A program made the position numbers and the translations under genes. The notes under the pieces were generated by a model. It was not told the DNA's origin, searched no databases, and worked only from the letters and a program-made list of their open reading frames with translations. Below, one piece after another: positions 8,498-18,138 of a DNA stretch of 64,000 nt; within the stretch, counting starts at the first letter, position 1, and the number at the start of each line of letters is the position of its first letter. This stretch comes from an uncultured bacterium (GTDB taxonomy: Bacteria > Acidobacteriota > Thermoanaerobaculia > Multivoradales > JAHZIX01): the NCBI GenBank assembly GCA_965368975.1, contig CBDUPA010000001.1:1-64000 (forward strand), given 5' to 3'.

Positions 8498-9661
8498 GTG
8501 ACCGAATTCGTACCATCTCTGCATGAGTTGCAGACACCGTGCTTGCTTCTGAAGGAGCACGTCTTGCAGCGCAACATCGACCGCATGGAGGCGCGTGCGG
8601 CAGCGTTGGGAGTCGCGTTGCGGCCCCACATGAAGACCTGCAAGGCGATCGAGGTCGCTCGCAGGTTCCGGACGCAGGGTGAAGCGGCGATCGCCGTGTC
8701 GACGCTCAAGGAGGCGGAGTTCTTCTTCGAACACGGGATCCGCGACATCCAGTACGCGGTGGGCATCGTCCCGGGAAAACTGGCGCGGGTGGCTCGGCTG
8801 AACGCTCGGGGAGCGCGGGTTCAGCTGATTCTGGACGCGGTGGAGACGGCGCGGTCGGTAGCTGAGTTCGGCGCCGAACAGGGGGTCGTCTTCGATGTGC
8901 TGATCGAGGTCGACACGGACGGCCATCGAGGCGGTGTCAGGCCGCGGGATGCTGGGCTACCGACCATCGCCCGCCTGATCGCCGCCTCGCCGGCGCTTCG
9001 GCTACGTGGCGTGATGACTCATGCTGGAGAAGCCTATGAGTGTGCCGGCCCGGAGGCGATCGCCGCCCATGCTGAACGAGAGCGGAGCCAGTGCGTCGAC
9101 GCGGCCGGGATCGTGCGAGATCTGGGGCTACCTTGCCCGGTGGTCAGCGTCGGTTCGACCCCGACGGCTACCTTCGCCCGGTCCCTGGAGGGAGTCACCG
9201 AAATGCGCCCGGGCAACTTCGTCTTCTTCGATCTGTTTCAGGCCGGTCTAGGAGTCTGCCGCGCAGAGGACATTGCAGTCCGCGTGCTCGCCAGCGTGGT
9301 GGGGCAGGACCCAAGGCACAACCGCTTCTTCATCGATGCCGGAGGGTTGGCCCTGTCCAAGGACCAGGGGACCGGTTCGCAGGCAGTCGACCAGCGCTTC
9401 GGCTGGGTCGAGGGCTCCGAGCTGACGGAGGGTGAGGCGGGCGGTGGAGAGGACCTGGTCGTGGTTGGAGCCAACCAAGAGCACGGTGTGGTCAGCCGCC
9501 GAGACGGGCAGCCCATCGACTTCCGGAGGGTTCCCATCGGTGCCAAGGTCAGTGTTGTTCCGGTTCATGCTTGCATGACTTGCGCGGCCCATGATGGCTA
9601 CCATGTCGTCAATGCGGACGGCGAACTCACCGGTTTCTGGCGTCGCTGCAACGGCTGGTAG
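8498..9661 (+). CDS. Fold-type III PLP enzyme, D-threonine aldolase / D-serine dehydratase (DSD1) family
   Basis: TP.LL, RPHMKTCK (PLP Lys), HRGGV, GSTPT, EMRPGNFVFFD, NQEHG, PVHAC; GGAGGAG RBS before GTG. Confidence 0.9.
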   Translation: MTEFVPSLHELQTPCLLLKEHVLQRNIDRMEARAAALGVALRPHMKTCKAIEVARRFRTQGEAAIAVSTLKEAEFFFEHGIRDIQYAVGIVPGKLARVARLNARGARVQLILDAVETARSVAEFGAEQGVVFDVLIEVDTDGHRGGVRPRDAGLPTIARLIAASPALRLRGVMTHAGEAYECAGPEAIAAHAERERSQCVDAAGIVRDLGLPCPVVSVGSTPTATFARSLEGVTEMRPGNFVFFDLFQAGLGVCRAEDIAVRVLASVVGQDPRHNRFFIDAGGLALSKDQGTGSQAVDQRFGWVEGSELTEGEAGGGEDLVVVGANQEHGVVSRRDGQPIDFRRVPIGAKVSVVPVHACMTCAAHDGYHVVNADGELTGFWRRCNGW

Positions 9662-9673
9662 AGCTTGCCGTGG

Positions 9674-10924
9674 TCAGGTCGTCTCCTCCCGCGCTCGTGC
9701 CTGTTCGATCAGGGCCTCGAGCGTCAGGCCGCGCAACGTCTTGGTGCGCTGACCGACCAACTGCTGGCGCAAGTTCTCGAGGCGCTCGGCGAGAGCGGGC
9801 GAGACGGTGCTCAGGAGCTGGCGGCGTGGGTCCTCGTAGAAATCGAGGATCTCGTGGACGCGAATCTTGGACAGCGGGCGCGCGATCACCAGGCCGTGCT
9901 GGGTCTCTTGCACCAAACCGTTGTCGAGCAGGGGGGACAAGGCACGGCGCAGCGTAGTGACCGGAGTCTCGAGGTGGGTCTCGAGGGCGTCGAAAGAAAC
10001 CAGCGGCTCGCCCTGTTGGAGGAAGTCGGCCAATTTGCTGATCGCTAGCAGGGCCAGCCAAGCTCCTGGAATCGGTGTTCGGCGTTGCGACATGCGGGCG
10101 AGGGTCGGGAGGTGCTGGTGGACGTAGGTCAACTCGGCCCCCGCCAGCACGGCGAGCCAGGCGAGTTCGATCGACACCATGAACAGCAGCGCGAAACCGA
10201 AGCTGCCGTAGACCAGGCTCAGGCTGGCGAAGTTGGCGATATACAGTCGCATGCCGTAGCGCAGGGCTTCGAGCATCAGGGTGGCGGTGAAGGCGCCGAG
10301 CAGCGCGCTGCGGAAGCGCACGGTGGCGAAGGGCACCATCCAGTACAGCATGCTCAATCCAACCAGGACGATCGCGGGCTGCAACGCCAGCCACAGAGGG
10401 TTGGCGAGGAGGGGTTCCAGCTGCGGCACCTGGCGCAGGTAGACCAGGCCGGAGAGGGTGGCACCGACCAGCAGCGGGCCCCAGAAGAGCAGCAGGGTGA
10501 AGGAGAGCAGGCGGTCGCGCAGGGGGCGCTTCTGGTCGACGTTCCAGATCCGGTTGATCACGGCCTCGACCTGGTTGAAGGCCATCAGCACGGTGACCAG
10601 GAAGAACACGGCACCGATCCCTTGCACTTCCTCGGCCTGCGTGACGAACTGGTCGAGCATGCGTAGCAGCCGCTCTTCCGGATAGGGAAGGACCTGCTGC
10701 AGGAGCTGCAGGAGCTGCTCTTCGTAGCGCTCGAAGGCGCGGGTACCGAGGAAGGCGAAGACGGCGAGCAGCGGCACCAGCGACAGGATAGTGACGAAGG
10801 CCAGTGAGCCGGAGACGATCGGGATCCCGTCGCGCCGGGCTTCCTCGTAGGTCAGGCGCACGAGTGCACCCAGGCGGGCCAGGCCGGAAGCGGGCAGCGG
10901 CGTGACGGTCAGATCGTTGGACAT
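9674..10924 (-). CDS. YihY/BrkB-family membrane protein with C-terminal Rrf2-like winged helix
   Basis: SLAFVTILSLVPLLA, EAVINRIW, YGSF motifs; multiple TM helices; C-terminal ARPLSKIRVHEI. Confidence 0.85.
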   Translation of the reverse strand: MSNDLTVTPLPASGLARLGALVRLTYEEARRDGIPIVSGSLAFVTILSLVPLLAVFAFLGTRAFERYEEQLLQLLQQVLPYPEERLLRMLDQFVTQAEEVQGIGAVFFLVTVLMAFNQVEAVINRIWNVDQKRPLRDRLLSFTLLLFWGPLLVGATLSGLVYLRQVPQLEPLLANPLWLALQPAIVLVGLSMLYWMVPFATVRFRSALLGAFTATLMLEALRYGMRLYIANFASLSLVYGSFGFALLFMVSIELAWLAVLAGAELTYVHQHLPTLARMSQRRTPIPGAWLALLAISKLADFLQQGEPLVSFDALETHLETPVTTLRRALSPLLDNGLVQETQHGLVIARPLSKIRVHEILDFYEDPRRQLLSTVSPALAERLENLRQQLVGQRTKTLRGLTLEALIEQARAREETT

Positions 10925-11012
10925 CTCAGGAGCTGCGGACGATCTCAGGAGCCGCGGACCCGTGAGGCGATGCGTGCCGACCGCCGAGTGGGTCCACGGT
11001 CCCTCACGGGGG

Positions 11013-12422
11013 TCACCAGGGGACGCGCGTGCCCGGCAGCGGCAGGACGGGTTGTGGCCAGGCCAGGTCTTCGTGCAGCGTTGCAGCTAGCGCCTTGCGG
11101 GGTTCGTCTTCGCCATGGTTCAGGAAGACGCGGTCGGGAGCGCCGCCCAGGCTCTGACACCAGCGCACCAATTCGTTGCAGTCGGCGTGCGCGGAGAGGC
11201 CGTGGACGTGTTCAATACGTGCCTTGACGTGGACTCGAATACCGTGGATCGCGACCGTCGAGCTCCCCTCGAGCAGGGCACGGCCGCGGGTACCGGCAGC
11301 CTGGTAGCCGACGAAGGCGACGGTGGCCTCTTTGCGACCGAGGTTGTGCAGCAGGTGGTGCACGACGCGGCCGCCGTTGGCCATGCCGCTGGAGGCGACG
11401 ATCACCGTCGGCTCGCGTCGGCTATTGAGCGCTTTGGACTGAGCCACGGTGCGGCAGTGCTGGAAGGGGTTGGGGCGTAGCGGGTCGAACTCGTCGAGCA
11501 CCAGCTGGCGCAGCTCTTCGTCGTGCTCGCCTTCGGCCTGGTCGTAGAGGCGAGTGGCCGAGATCGCCATCGGGCTGTCGAGGAAGACGGTGCTCGGATC
11601 CAAGCGCCCCTGGTCTGCTAGCTGGGTCAGGTAGTAGAGGACTTCCTGACTGCGGCCAAGAGCGAAGGAGGGAATGATCACCTTGCCGCGCTTGGCGAAC
11701 GTCTCGTCGATCAGGCGGCCCAGGGCCTCGACGGGGTCGCTTTGCCGGTGCTCGCGGTCGCCGTAGGTCGACTCCAGGACCAATACTGACGGTGTCGTGC
11801 TCGGGCTTTCGGGGTCCTTGAGGATGGGCACGCCGTAGCGGCCGATATCGCCGGAGAAGCACCACGTGCGTCGAGCGCCATCGGCACCCTTGGCGCTGAT
11901 CTCGACCGACGCGGCGCCGAGCAGGTGGCCGGCGCGGCGATAGCGCACCGTGATCCCGGCCGCGGTGCCGGGCTGGAAGGCCTCATCGAAGGGCATCGGT
12001 ACGACCTGCTTGAGCAGCTTGCGCGAGTCCTTCTCGGTGTAGAGGGGCTTGGGGCGGGCGTGTCGACTGTAGCCCTTCTTGCGCGCGTAGCGGGCCTGTT
12101 CTTCCTGGATCTCACCGGCATCGATCAGCACCAGCGACATCAGGCCGCGCGTCGGCTTGGTGCAGTAGACCGGGCCGCGGTAGCCGTGGCGGTAGAGCTT
12201 GGGCAGCAGGCCCGTATGGTCGAGGTGCGCATGGGTGATGACGACGGCTTCCAGGTTGGGCACGTCGAACGGGAAGGGGGCGTGGTTGCGTTGCTCCAGG
12301 GTTTCGTCGCCCTGGTACAGGCCGCAGTCCACCAAGATCTGGGTGTCGCCACCGTCCCAGCTGAGCAGGGTGTTGCTGCCGGTGACGCAGCCGCAAGCTC
12401 CATAGAAGGTCACACTCGCCAT
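11013..12422 (-). CDS. Metallo-beta-lactamase fold beta-CASP ribonuclease
   Basis: G.VTGS, DCGLYQG, THAHLDH, AGHLLGA, FSGDIG, ESTYGDR, GLSAHAD, HGE. Confidence 0.92.
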   Translation of the reverse strand: MASVTFYGACGCVTGSNTLLSWDGGDTQILVDCGLYQGDETLEQRNHAPFPFDVPNLEAVVITHAHLDHTGLLPKLYRHGYRGPVYCTKPTRGLMSLVLIDAGEIQEEQARYARKKGYSRHARPKPLYTEKDSRKLLKQVVPMPFDEAFQPGTAAGITVRYRRAGHLLGAASVEISAKGADGARRTWCFSGDIGRYGVPILKDPESPSTTPSVLVLESTYGDREHRQSDPVEALGRLIDETFAKRGKVIIPSFALGRSQEVLYYLTQLADQGRLDPSTVFLDSPMAISATRLYDQAEGEHDEELRQLVLDEFDPLRPNPFQHCRTVAQSKALNSRREPTVIVASSGMANGGRVVHHLLHNLGRKEATVAFVGYQAAGTRGRALLEGSSTVAIHGIRVHVKARIEHVHGLSAHADCNELVRWCQSLGGAPDRVFLNHGEDEPRKALAATLHEDLAWPQPVLPLPGTRVPW

Positions 12423-12587
12423 GGCTTGGAGGGTCTCCTGGGTGTGGATCGGAATCCGTTCTCGTTCTCGGCGTTTTCGCTCTTGACTTCAGCAGTGTAG
12501 CATCCGTTGCCGCGTGGTACACTGATCATACGGGCGACTACGAAACGACTTCGCTGACCATGACCCGGACCCAAGGAGGAAAAGCCA

Positions 12588-13043
12588 ATGCCCAGTATGG
12601 AAAACCAGGCTGCTAGCGCGAGTACGGAAGCTGAAACCGGTGATGACAAGGCCACGCCGCTCGACGAGGCGCGGCAGAAGATGGGGCAGGCACGCGAGAA
12701 GGTGCGCGAGGCTGCTGGCAAGACCAAAGAAGTGATGACCGACAAGATCGCGACCGCACGCGAGAAGCTGCACACCGTCGCCGAGGACGTGCAGGCGAAG
12801 GCGACTCAAGCCAGTGAAGTGGCCCGTGAGCGTTACTCGCAGTTCTCGGACCATGCGCGCGAACGCTACGGCCAGATCTCCGAAGATGCCCGCGAGCGCT
12901 ACACGAAGGTGCGCAAGGATGTCGACGATCTGAATGAGAACGTCAATGAATATGTGCGCGACAATCCCGGCAAGTCGGTCTTGATCGCTGCTGGCGTCGG
13001 CTTCGTGGTTGGCCTGCTGCTACGCGGCGGCCGCCGCGCCTGA
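12588..13043 (+). CDS. DUF883 / ElaB-YqjD-like tail-anchored protein
   Basis: Helical repeats then YVRDNPGKSVLIAAGVGFVVGLLLR; AAGGAGG RBS. Confidence 0.85.
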   Translation: MPSMENQAASASTEAETGDDKATPLDEARQKMGQAREKVREAAGKTKEVMTDKIATAREKLHTVAEDVQAKATQASEVARERYSQFSDHARERYGQISEDARERYTKVRKDVDDLNENVNEYVRDNPGKSVLIAAGVGFVVGLLLRGGRRA

Positions 13044-13047
13044 GGCC

Positions 13048-13323
13048 ATGCACCCTTCGCCCGATCGCTTCGCGGATGGAACTCCCGGACTCGAAGATGA
13101 CCTCTTCGATCCGGAAGAGGCATTGGACGACTTCATGCCCGAGGGCTTCGACTGGCGTCACTTGGTGCGCGAATACCCGCTGGCGTCGTTGCTGATGGCT
13201 GGGCTGGGAGGCTACATCCTGGGCCGAAACCGTGGTGTGGATTTGCTCGAAGATCTGTCCGGCTTCGCCGCCGGGCAGGTAGTGCAGGGCGTCAACGAGT
13301 TCCTCGGCGAGGATGTCCTCTGA
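13048..13323 (+). CDS. Small hypothetical membrane protein (DUF883-like WRHLVREYP.ASL...LGG motif)
   Basis: Starts 4 nt after the DUF883 stop on the same strand; one hydrophobic helix. Confidence 0.6.
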   Translation: MHPSPDRFADGTPGLEDDLFDPEEALDDFMPEGFDWRHLVREYPLASLLMAGLGGYILGRNRGVDLLEDLSGFAAGQVVQGVNEFLGEDVL

Positions 13324-13347
13324 GTCGACGGCCGTGGCCGGACTTGG

Positions 13348-14220
13348 GTGACTCGTACGACTAGCCTTCTCGTGTCGACGCTGCTGCACATTTCGGACCT
13401 GCACTTCGGTCCCCCGCACCGGCCACGCGTGGCCCAGGGTGTGCTCGACTTGATCGCTGCACGCAAGCCGGGTGTGGTGGTGATTTCCGGCGATCTGACC
13501 CAGCGGGCGCGCAGCGAGCAATTTCACCAGGCGCGCGCGTTCGTTGATCAAATCCAAGTTCCGGTCGTAGTGGTGCCGGGCAATCACGACGTGCCGCTGT
13601 ACAACGTGTGGCAGCGCCTCGTGACGCCGTATGCCGCCTACCAGCGCCACTTCGCCCACGAGCTGGAGCCGACCTACCGCGACGAGCGGGTGATGATCGT
13701 CGGCCTCAATACGGCCCACGGTTGGACGATCAAGGACGGCCGCATTCCGCTGCGCCGCCTGGCCGAAGTCGCCGAGCAGCTAGCGGCGGTACCGGAGACG
13801 GTCTTCAAGGTCGTGGTGGCGCACCATCACTTCATTCCGCCGCCCAACTTCGGCACCCAGAGCGTGCTCGACAACGCCTATCAGGCGATCGAGCTGTTCT
13901 CTAGCGTTGGCGTCGACCTGATTTTGGGTGGGCACCTGCACCAGGCGTACATCGGCAGCTCCGAGGAGTTCTATCCTCGAGGCCGGCCGCCGGTGGTGAT
14001 TCTGCATTCAGGGACCACCACGTCGAGTCGTGGCCGTGGCAGTGAACGCGAGAAGAACACCTGCAACTGGATTCATTTCGACGACGATACGTTGCAGGTG
14101 ACGCGCCTGGCCTGGTTCTCGCAGCTCGGCCGCTTTGTGGATCAGAGCCGGCATCTGTATCCGCGCCAGGAGCGCAGCCTGTATACCCTCGAAGATCTCG
14201 ACCTCACATCTGCTCTGTAG
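13348..14220 (+). CDS. Calcineurin-like metallophosphoesterase (CpdA/Icc-like)
   Basis: HISDLHFG, SGDLT, PGNHD, HHH, GHLH. Confidence 0.88.
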   Translation: MTRTTSLLVSTLLHISDLHFGPPHRPRVAQGVLDLIAARKPGVVVISGDLTQRARSEQFHQARAFVDQIQVPVVVVPGNHDVPLYNVWQRLVTPYAAYQRHFAHELEPTYRDERVMIVGLNTAHGWTIKDGRIPLRRLAEVAEQLAAVPETVFKVVVAHHHFIPPPNFGTQSVLDNAYQAIELFSSVGVDLILGGHLHQAYIGSSEEFYPRGRPPVVILHSGTTTSSRGRGSEREKNTCNWIHFDDDTLQVTRLAWFSQLGRFVDQSRHLYPRQERSLYTLEDLDLTSAL

Positions 14221-14254
14221 CTACACCGCAGCCAACCGTCTCCAAGGAGCCTCC

Positions 14255-15553
14255 ATGATCGTTCCGCAACTTCCCGGCCGTGCAGAGTTGCACACGCTGG
14301 ACAACGGCCTACGTGTCTGCCTGCTCCACAATCCGCAGGCGCCCGTGGTCACCACGGCGCTGTGGTACGCCGCGGGCTCGCGCGACGAAGTCGAGGGGCA
14401 CGGGGGTGCCGCTCACTTCCTGGAACACATGATGTTCAAGGGCTCAGCCGCGTATGGTCCGGGCGAGGTCGACCGTCGTACGCAGGCGTTGGGAGGCTCG
14501 AACAACGCCTTCACCTCCTTTGACGCCACCGCCTACTACTTCAACTTCGCGCGCGATCGCTGGACCGAAGCGCTGGCCATCGAGGCCGATCGCATGGCGA
14601 CGCTGACCCTCGACGCCAAAGAAGTCGACAGTGAACGTCAGGTGATCCTGGAAGAGGTCACCATGTACGAGGATGATCCGTGGGAGGCCTTGGACAAAGA
14701 CGTACGCGGCGTCCTCTACAGCCAGCAGCACGCCTACGGCAAGCCGGTGATCGGCACGCGGCCGGAGCTGCTCGCGACCGGTCCCGAGGAGCTGCGCGAC
14801 TTCCACCAGCGGTGGTACCGGCCAGACAATGCCGTCCTGGTGCTGGCCGGGGACCTGGAAGGCGGGGATCTGGAAGCCGCTGGGGATGCCGACGCACTGG
14901 CTGCCGTGCAGCGCCACCTGGGTAGCCTGCCCCAGCGCGCGACCGAGCGCTCCGCGTGTCCGCCGCCGCCCCGCCCGTCGTCGCTGCAGCGTCTCGAACG
15001 TCGACAGGGGGATGTCGAGCGGATGCTGCTCGGCCTGCCCGCAGTGCCCTGGGCCGACGAGCGCTATCCGCGACTCGACCTGCTGGCGGCGTTACTCTCG
15101 GAGGGGCGCTCGAGCCGCCTGCACCGCGCACTGGTGGATGAGGCACAGCTGTGCTCCTGGGTTTCCGCCGACGTCACCAAGAGCAGTGCCGCCGGCATGT
15201 TCAGCGTCGCTTTGGAATTGCTGCCGGGAGCCGATCGCGCCCGCGCCGAGGCGCTGGTGCTCGAACAACTGGCGACTCTACGCCAGCAGCCGGTCTCGGC
15301 CGAGGAGCTGCAGCGGGCCCAGCAGATGCTGGTGGCGGATTGGGTGTTCCACAACGAGAAATTGCACCAGCAGGCACTGGCGGTCGGCTTCGCGCTGGTG
15401 ATGGGCGCTGGCGAGCGGCATCAGGAGCAGCAGTTGCGACGGTTGATCGAACTGGACGCCGAGCAGCTGTGCGAGACGGCGGCCGCGTTCCTGGATCCGC
15501 AGGCGGGTGGTGTGCTCGGCTGGTCGCTGGCCGAGGGCGAGGTGACGGCGTGA
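14255..15553 (+). CDS. M16 family zinc protease, catalytic subunit
   Basis: LDNGLRV, HFLEH (HxxEH), NAFTS.D.T.Y, ERQVILEE, Y.P.NAVL; AAGGAG RBS. Confidence 0.92.
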   Translation: MIVPQLPGRAELHTLDNGLRVCLLHNPQAPVVTTALWYAAGSRDEVEGHGGAAHFLEHMMFKGSAAYGPGEVDRRTQALGGSNNAFTSFDATAYYFNFARDRWTEALAIEADRMATLTLDAKEVDSERQVILEEVTMYEDDPWEALDKDVRGVLYSQQHAYGKPVIGTRPELLATGPEELRDFHQRWYRPDNAVLVLAGDLEGGDLEAAGDADALAAVQRHLGSLPQRATERSACPPPPRPSSLQRLERRQGDVERMLLGLPAVPWADERYPRLDLLAALLSEGRSSRLHRALVDEAQLCSWVSADVTKSSAAGMFSVALELLPGADRARAEALVLEQLATLRQQPVSAEELQRAQQMLVADWVFHNEKLHQQALAVGFALVMGAGERHQEQQLRRLIELDAEQLCETAAAFLDPQAGGVLGWSLAEGEVTA

Positions 15554-16815
15554 GCGGGCCCGAGAGAGCCGGGGCCGCGGCGCCACGCAAGCTCGAGATC
15601 CGCGTGCGTCACGTCACTGGCGCGCCGGTCGCCGCGGTACGCCTGATGCTGCGCGGTGGTGCCCGCATCGAAGCGATTCCCGGGCAGGCGGTGGTCACCG
15701 GCCGTGCCCTGTCGGAAGGCAGTCGCCAGCGTGACTGGCGCACCATTGCCGAGGACAGCGAGAACCTCGGCATGTCGCTCACCACGTCGGCGCAGTGGGA
15801 TCACCACGGTGTCTCACTCGACGCCTTGGCGCAGGACTGGCGACAGGCGCTCGGATGGGCGGTGGAGCTGGTGACTGAGCCGAGCTTTCCCGAGGAGCGT
15901 TGCCGCTTCCAGGCCCGGCAGACCGCTGCCGAGCTGGAGAGCTACCGCGACCAACCGGAGGTGGCTGCGGGCTGGGCGTTCCTCGAACACCTCTATGCGC
16001 CGAGCCGTCTCGGCTTGCCGCTGCGCGGTACCGAAGAGGGACTGGGCCAGCTGGACGCGGAGGCACTCGCGGCGCACCATGGCCGAGGTGTGGATGCGGG
16101 CGTCATTCTGTCGATCGCCGGCGAGGTCGACGAAGACGAGGTTGCCGCCGCCGCGCAGGGCTTGCTCGGCCGTGCGCTTGGTGCCGATGCCGCCAGAGTT
16201 CCGGCCGTTCCGCTGCCGCAGCCGGCCGAGCCCGTGGGCTTGCCGGAGATGCGCATCGAAGCACGTGTGTGCAACGGCGAGCAAGCGCACCTCTATATGG
16301 GGCACCTGACCGTTCCCAAGGCGCATCCGGACGCCGTCGCGCTCGAGCTCGTGGGAGTCGTCCTCGGTTCCGGTGCCGGCCTCACTGGCCGCATTCCGTA
16401 CCGCATCCGTGAGCAGGAAGGCCTCGCCTACACGGCCCAGGCCGACGCCGTCTCCGGCGCCGGTCTCGATGCCGGCCGCCTGATCGTTTACGTCGGCACC
16501 TCGCCAGCCACGGTCGAGCAGGCCGAGCAGGGTGTGCGCGAGGAGCTACAGCGGCTGCTCGACGAGGGTATCCGCGACGACGAGTTGGAAGAAGCGCGCG
16601 CCTATCTGCTGGGCCGCGAACCCTTCCAGCGCGAGACCGCCCGTCAGTGGGCCGACCTGCTGGTCGACGCCGAGCTGTTCGGCCTGCCGCTGGACCAGCC
16701 CGAGTGGCGTGCCGAGCAGTTGCGCTCTCTCGACCGCGCCGCCGTCGAGGCCGCTGCCCACCGTCACCTGAAGCCGGACCAGTTGCGCGCCACGGTCGGC
16801 CTGCCCAAGCGCTAG
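15550..16815 (+). CDS. M16 family protease, non-catalytic partner subunit
   Basis: GTGA overlap with the previous gene; no HxxEH; GRIPYRIREQEGLAY and ELEEARAYLLG M16_C motifs. Confidence 0.85.
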   Translation: MSGPERAGAAAPRKLEIRVRHVTGAPVAAVRLMLRGGARIEAIPGQAVVTGRALSEGSRQRDWRTIAEDSENLGMSLTTSAQWDHHGVSLDALAQDWRQALGWAVELVTEPSFPEERCRFQARQTAAELESYRDQPEVAAGWAFLEHLYAPSRLGLPLRGTEEGLGQLDAEALAAHHGRGVDAGVILSIAGEVDEDEVAAAAQGLLGRALGADAARVPAVPLPQPAEPVGLPEMRIEARVCNGEQAHLYMGHLTVPKAHPDAVALELVGVVLGSGAGLTGRIPYRIREQEGLAYTAQADAVSGAGLDAGRLIVYVGTSPATVEQAEQGVREELQRLLDEGIRDDELEEARAYLLGREPFQRETARQWADLLVDAELFGLPLDQPEWRAEQLRSLDRAAVEAAAHRHLKPDQLRATVGLPKR

Positions 16816-16846
16816 TCGGCCCACTCAAGCGCTCGCCAGCAGAGGG

Positions 16847-17380
16847 CTAGGACGCTGGCAGATCGTCGTCGACGACTGCTTGGAGCTTGCGGACCAGCGC
16901 AGCCAGGCAGCGCGTCGGCCCCACCTGGTGGTATCCCAAGACCAGCCGGGAGTCCGACTCGGTCCGTTCCGCCAGTGGCAGGTCGAGGCTGAAGTACCGG
17001 CGTAGCAAGTCGCGGCAGCGCTTCGGCATCTCGCTCACCAGTGCATCCAACTCCTGGCGACGCATCTCCAGCTCGCTGTCGTCGGTGTCGTCTTCCTGCA
17101 GCCAGACGCGGATCTGCTGCTCCGCCTGCTCGAGCCAGTTCTGCCGCTGCTCGCGCCAGTACTTGATGCACCGATAGCGCAGCGTGCGGATGAACCACTG
17201 CTCCGGCTGTGCCAGCTGGTCGTAGCGGAAGGTCATGACGAGTAGACAGTCCTCGAGTATGTCCTCCGCGACCTCTAAAGGTAGCCGGAAGCGGGCAAAG
17301 AGTTCTTCGAGCTGCGGTTGCAGCTGGAACAGCAGCTCCGAGGTGGGGTCGTGCGAGTCCACTAGGTCTGGCGGCGCCAT
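16847..17380 (-). CDS. Divergent ECF sigma-like protein
   Basis: Region-2-like RFRLPLEVAEDILEDCLL...WFIRTLRYRCIKYWR; region-4.1-like LDALVSEMPKRCRDLLRRYF; region 4.2 poorly conserved. Confidence 0.55.
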   Translation of the reverse strand: MAPPDLVDSHDPTSELLFQLQPQLEELFARFRLPLEVAEDILEDCLLVMTFRYDQLAQPEQWFIRTLRYRCIKYWREQRQNWLEQAEQQIRVWLQEDDTDDSELEMRRQELDALVSEMPKRCRDLLRRYFSLDLPLAERTESDSRLVLGYHQVGPTRCLAALVRKLQAVVDDDLPAS

Positions 17381-17542
17381 GTTTCTCTGGCGAGCTGGTT
17401 ATCTTGCAGATTGACTTCTGGTGAAAAACTTGCCGTGCTGGAAAATGGAGGTCTCCGGCCGACGTTTCCGGCCCGCCTTCGGGCGCAAGAACTCCCTGGG
17501 TGCTGAGCGTCCACACAGGCCGAGGGAGCCGGAAGTGAGGTG

Positions 17543-18136
17543 TCAGTCTAGCATGGGGGAGGAGACGGCCGGCTCGGCGACGGGGGATTCGGCGGCGGCG
17601 TGTTGCGCCTTCGCGGCCTGGTGTCCTTCGCGCCACAGAGCTAGCACCAGCAGCACGGTCGAGACGCTGATCGCCATGTCCGCGACGTTGAAGATCGGCC
17701 AGGTCATGAAGCCGAGGTCGAAAGGACCCAGGAAGTCGACGACGCCTTTCTCCCAGCGCAGCCGGTCGACCAGGTTGCCGAGGGCACCGGCCGCGATCAA
17801 GGGGAGCGTCAGTCGCCGCAGCCACTGCCCGCGGTGGCTGTCTCGGTAGAGCTGCGCCACGACCCACAGCGCCAGCAGGGTAACGGGCAGGAAGACCCAG
17901 CGGGAGATCCAGCCACCTCCCAGGCCCCACAGGCCGCCGGTGTTGAAGTGCAGGGTCAGAGGCAGCCAGCCGCCGAGTGCCGGCACCGTCTCGCCGACCT
18001 GCAGGTGGCTGAGCGCCAGGGACTTGGTCCACAGGTCGAGGATCAGCACCCCGGCGGCGGTGAGCACGAAGGTGAGCCACGGTGCTGCCGAGGGGAGGGC
18101 TGCGGAGGGGCGGCTTGCGGAGGCCGAGTTCGTCAT
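17543..18136 (-). CDS. lspA: Lipoprotein signal peptidase II
   Basis: DLWTK, NTGG.WG, GALGNLVDR, GVVDF, WPIFNVAD. Confidence 0.95.
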   Translation of the reverse strand: MTNSASASRPSAALPSAAPWLTFVLTAAGVLILDLWTKSLALSHLQVGETVPALGGWLPLTLHFNTGGLWGLGGGWISRWVFLPVTLLALWVVAQLYRDSHRGQWLRRLTLPLIAAGALGNLVDRLRWEKGVVDFLGPFDLGFMTWPIFNVADMAISVSTVLLVLALWREGHQAAKAQHAAAESPVAEPAVSSPMLD

Positions 18137-18138
18137 GC

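Noticed and set aside
14255-16815. M16 pair as the leader peptidase for the RiPP precursor
   Set aside because: About 18 kb away, and a common housekeeping heterodimer; no evidence of linkage.
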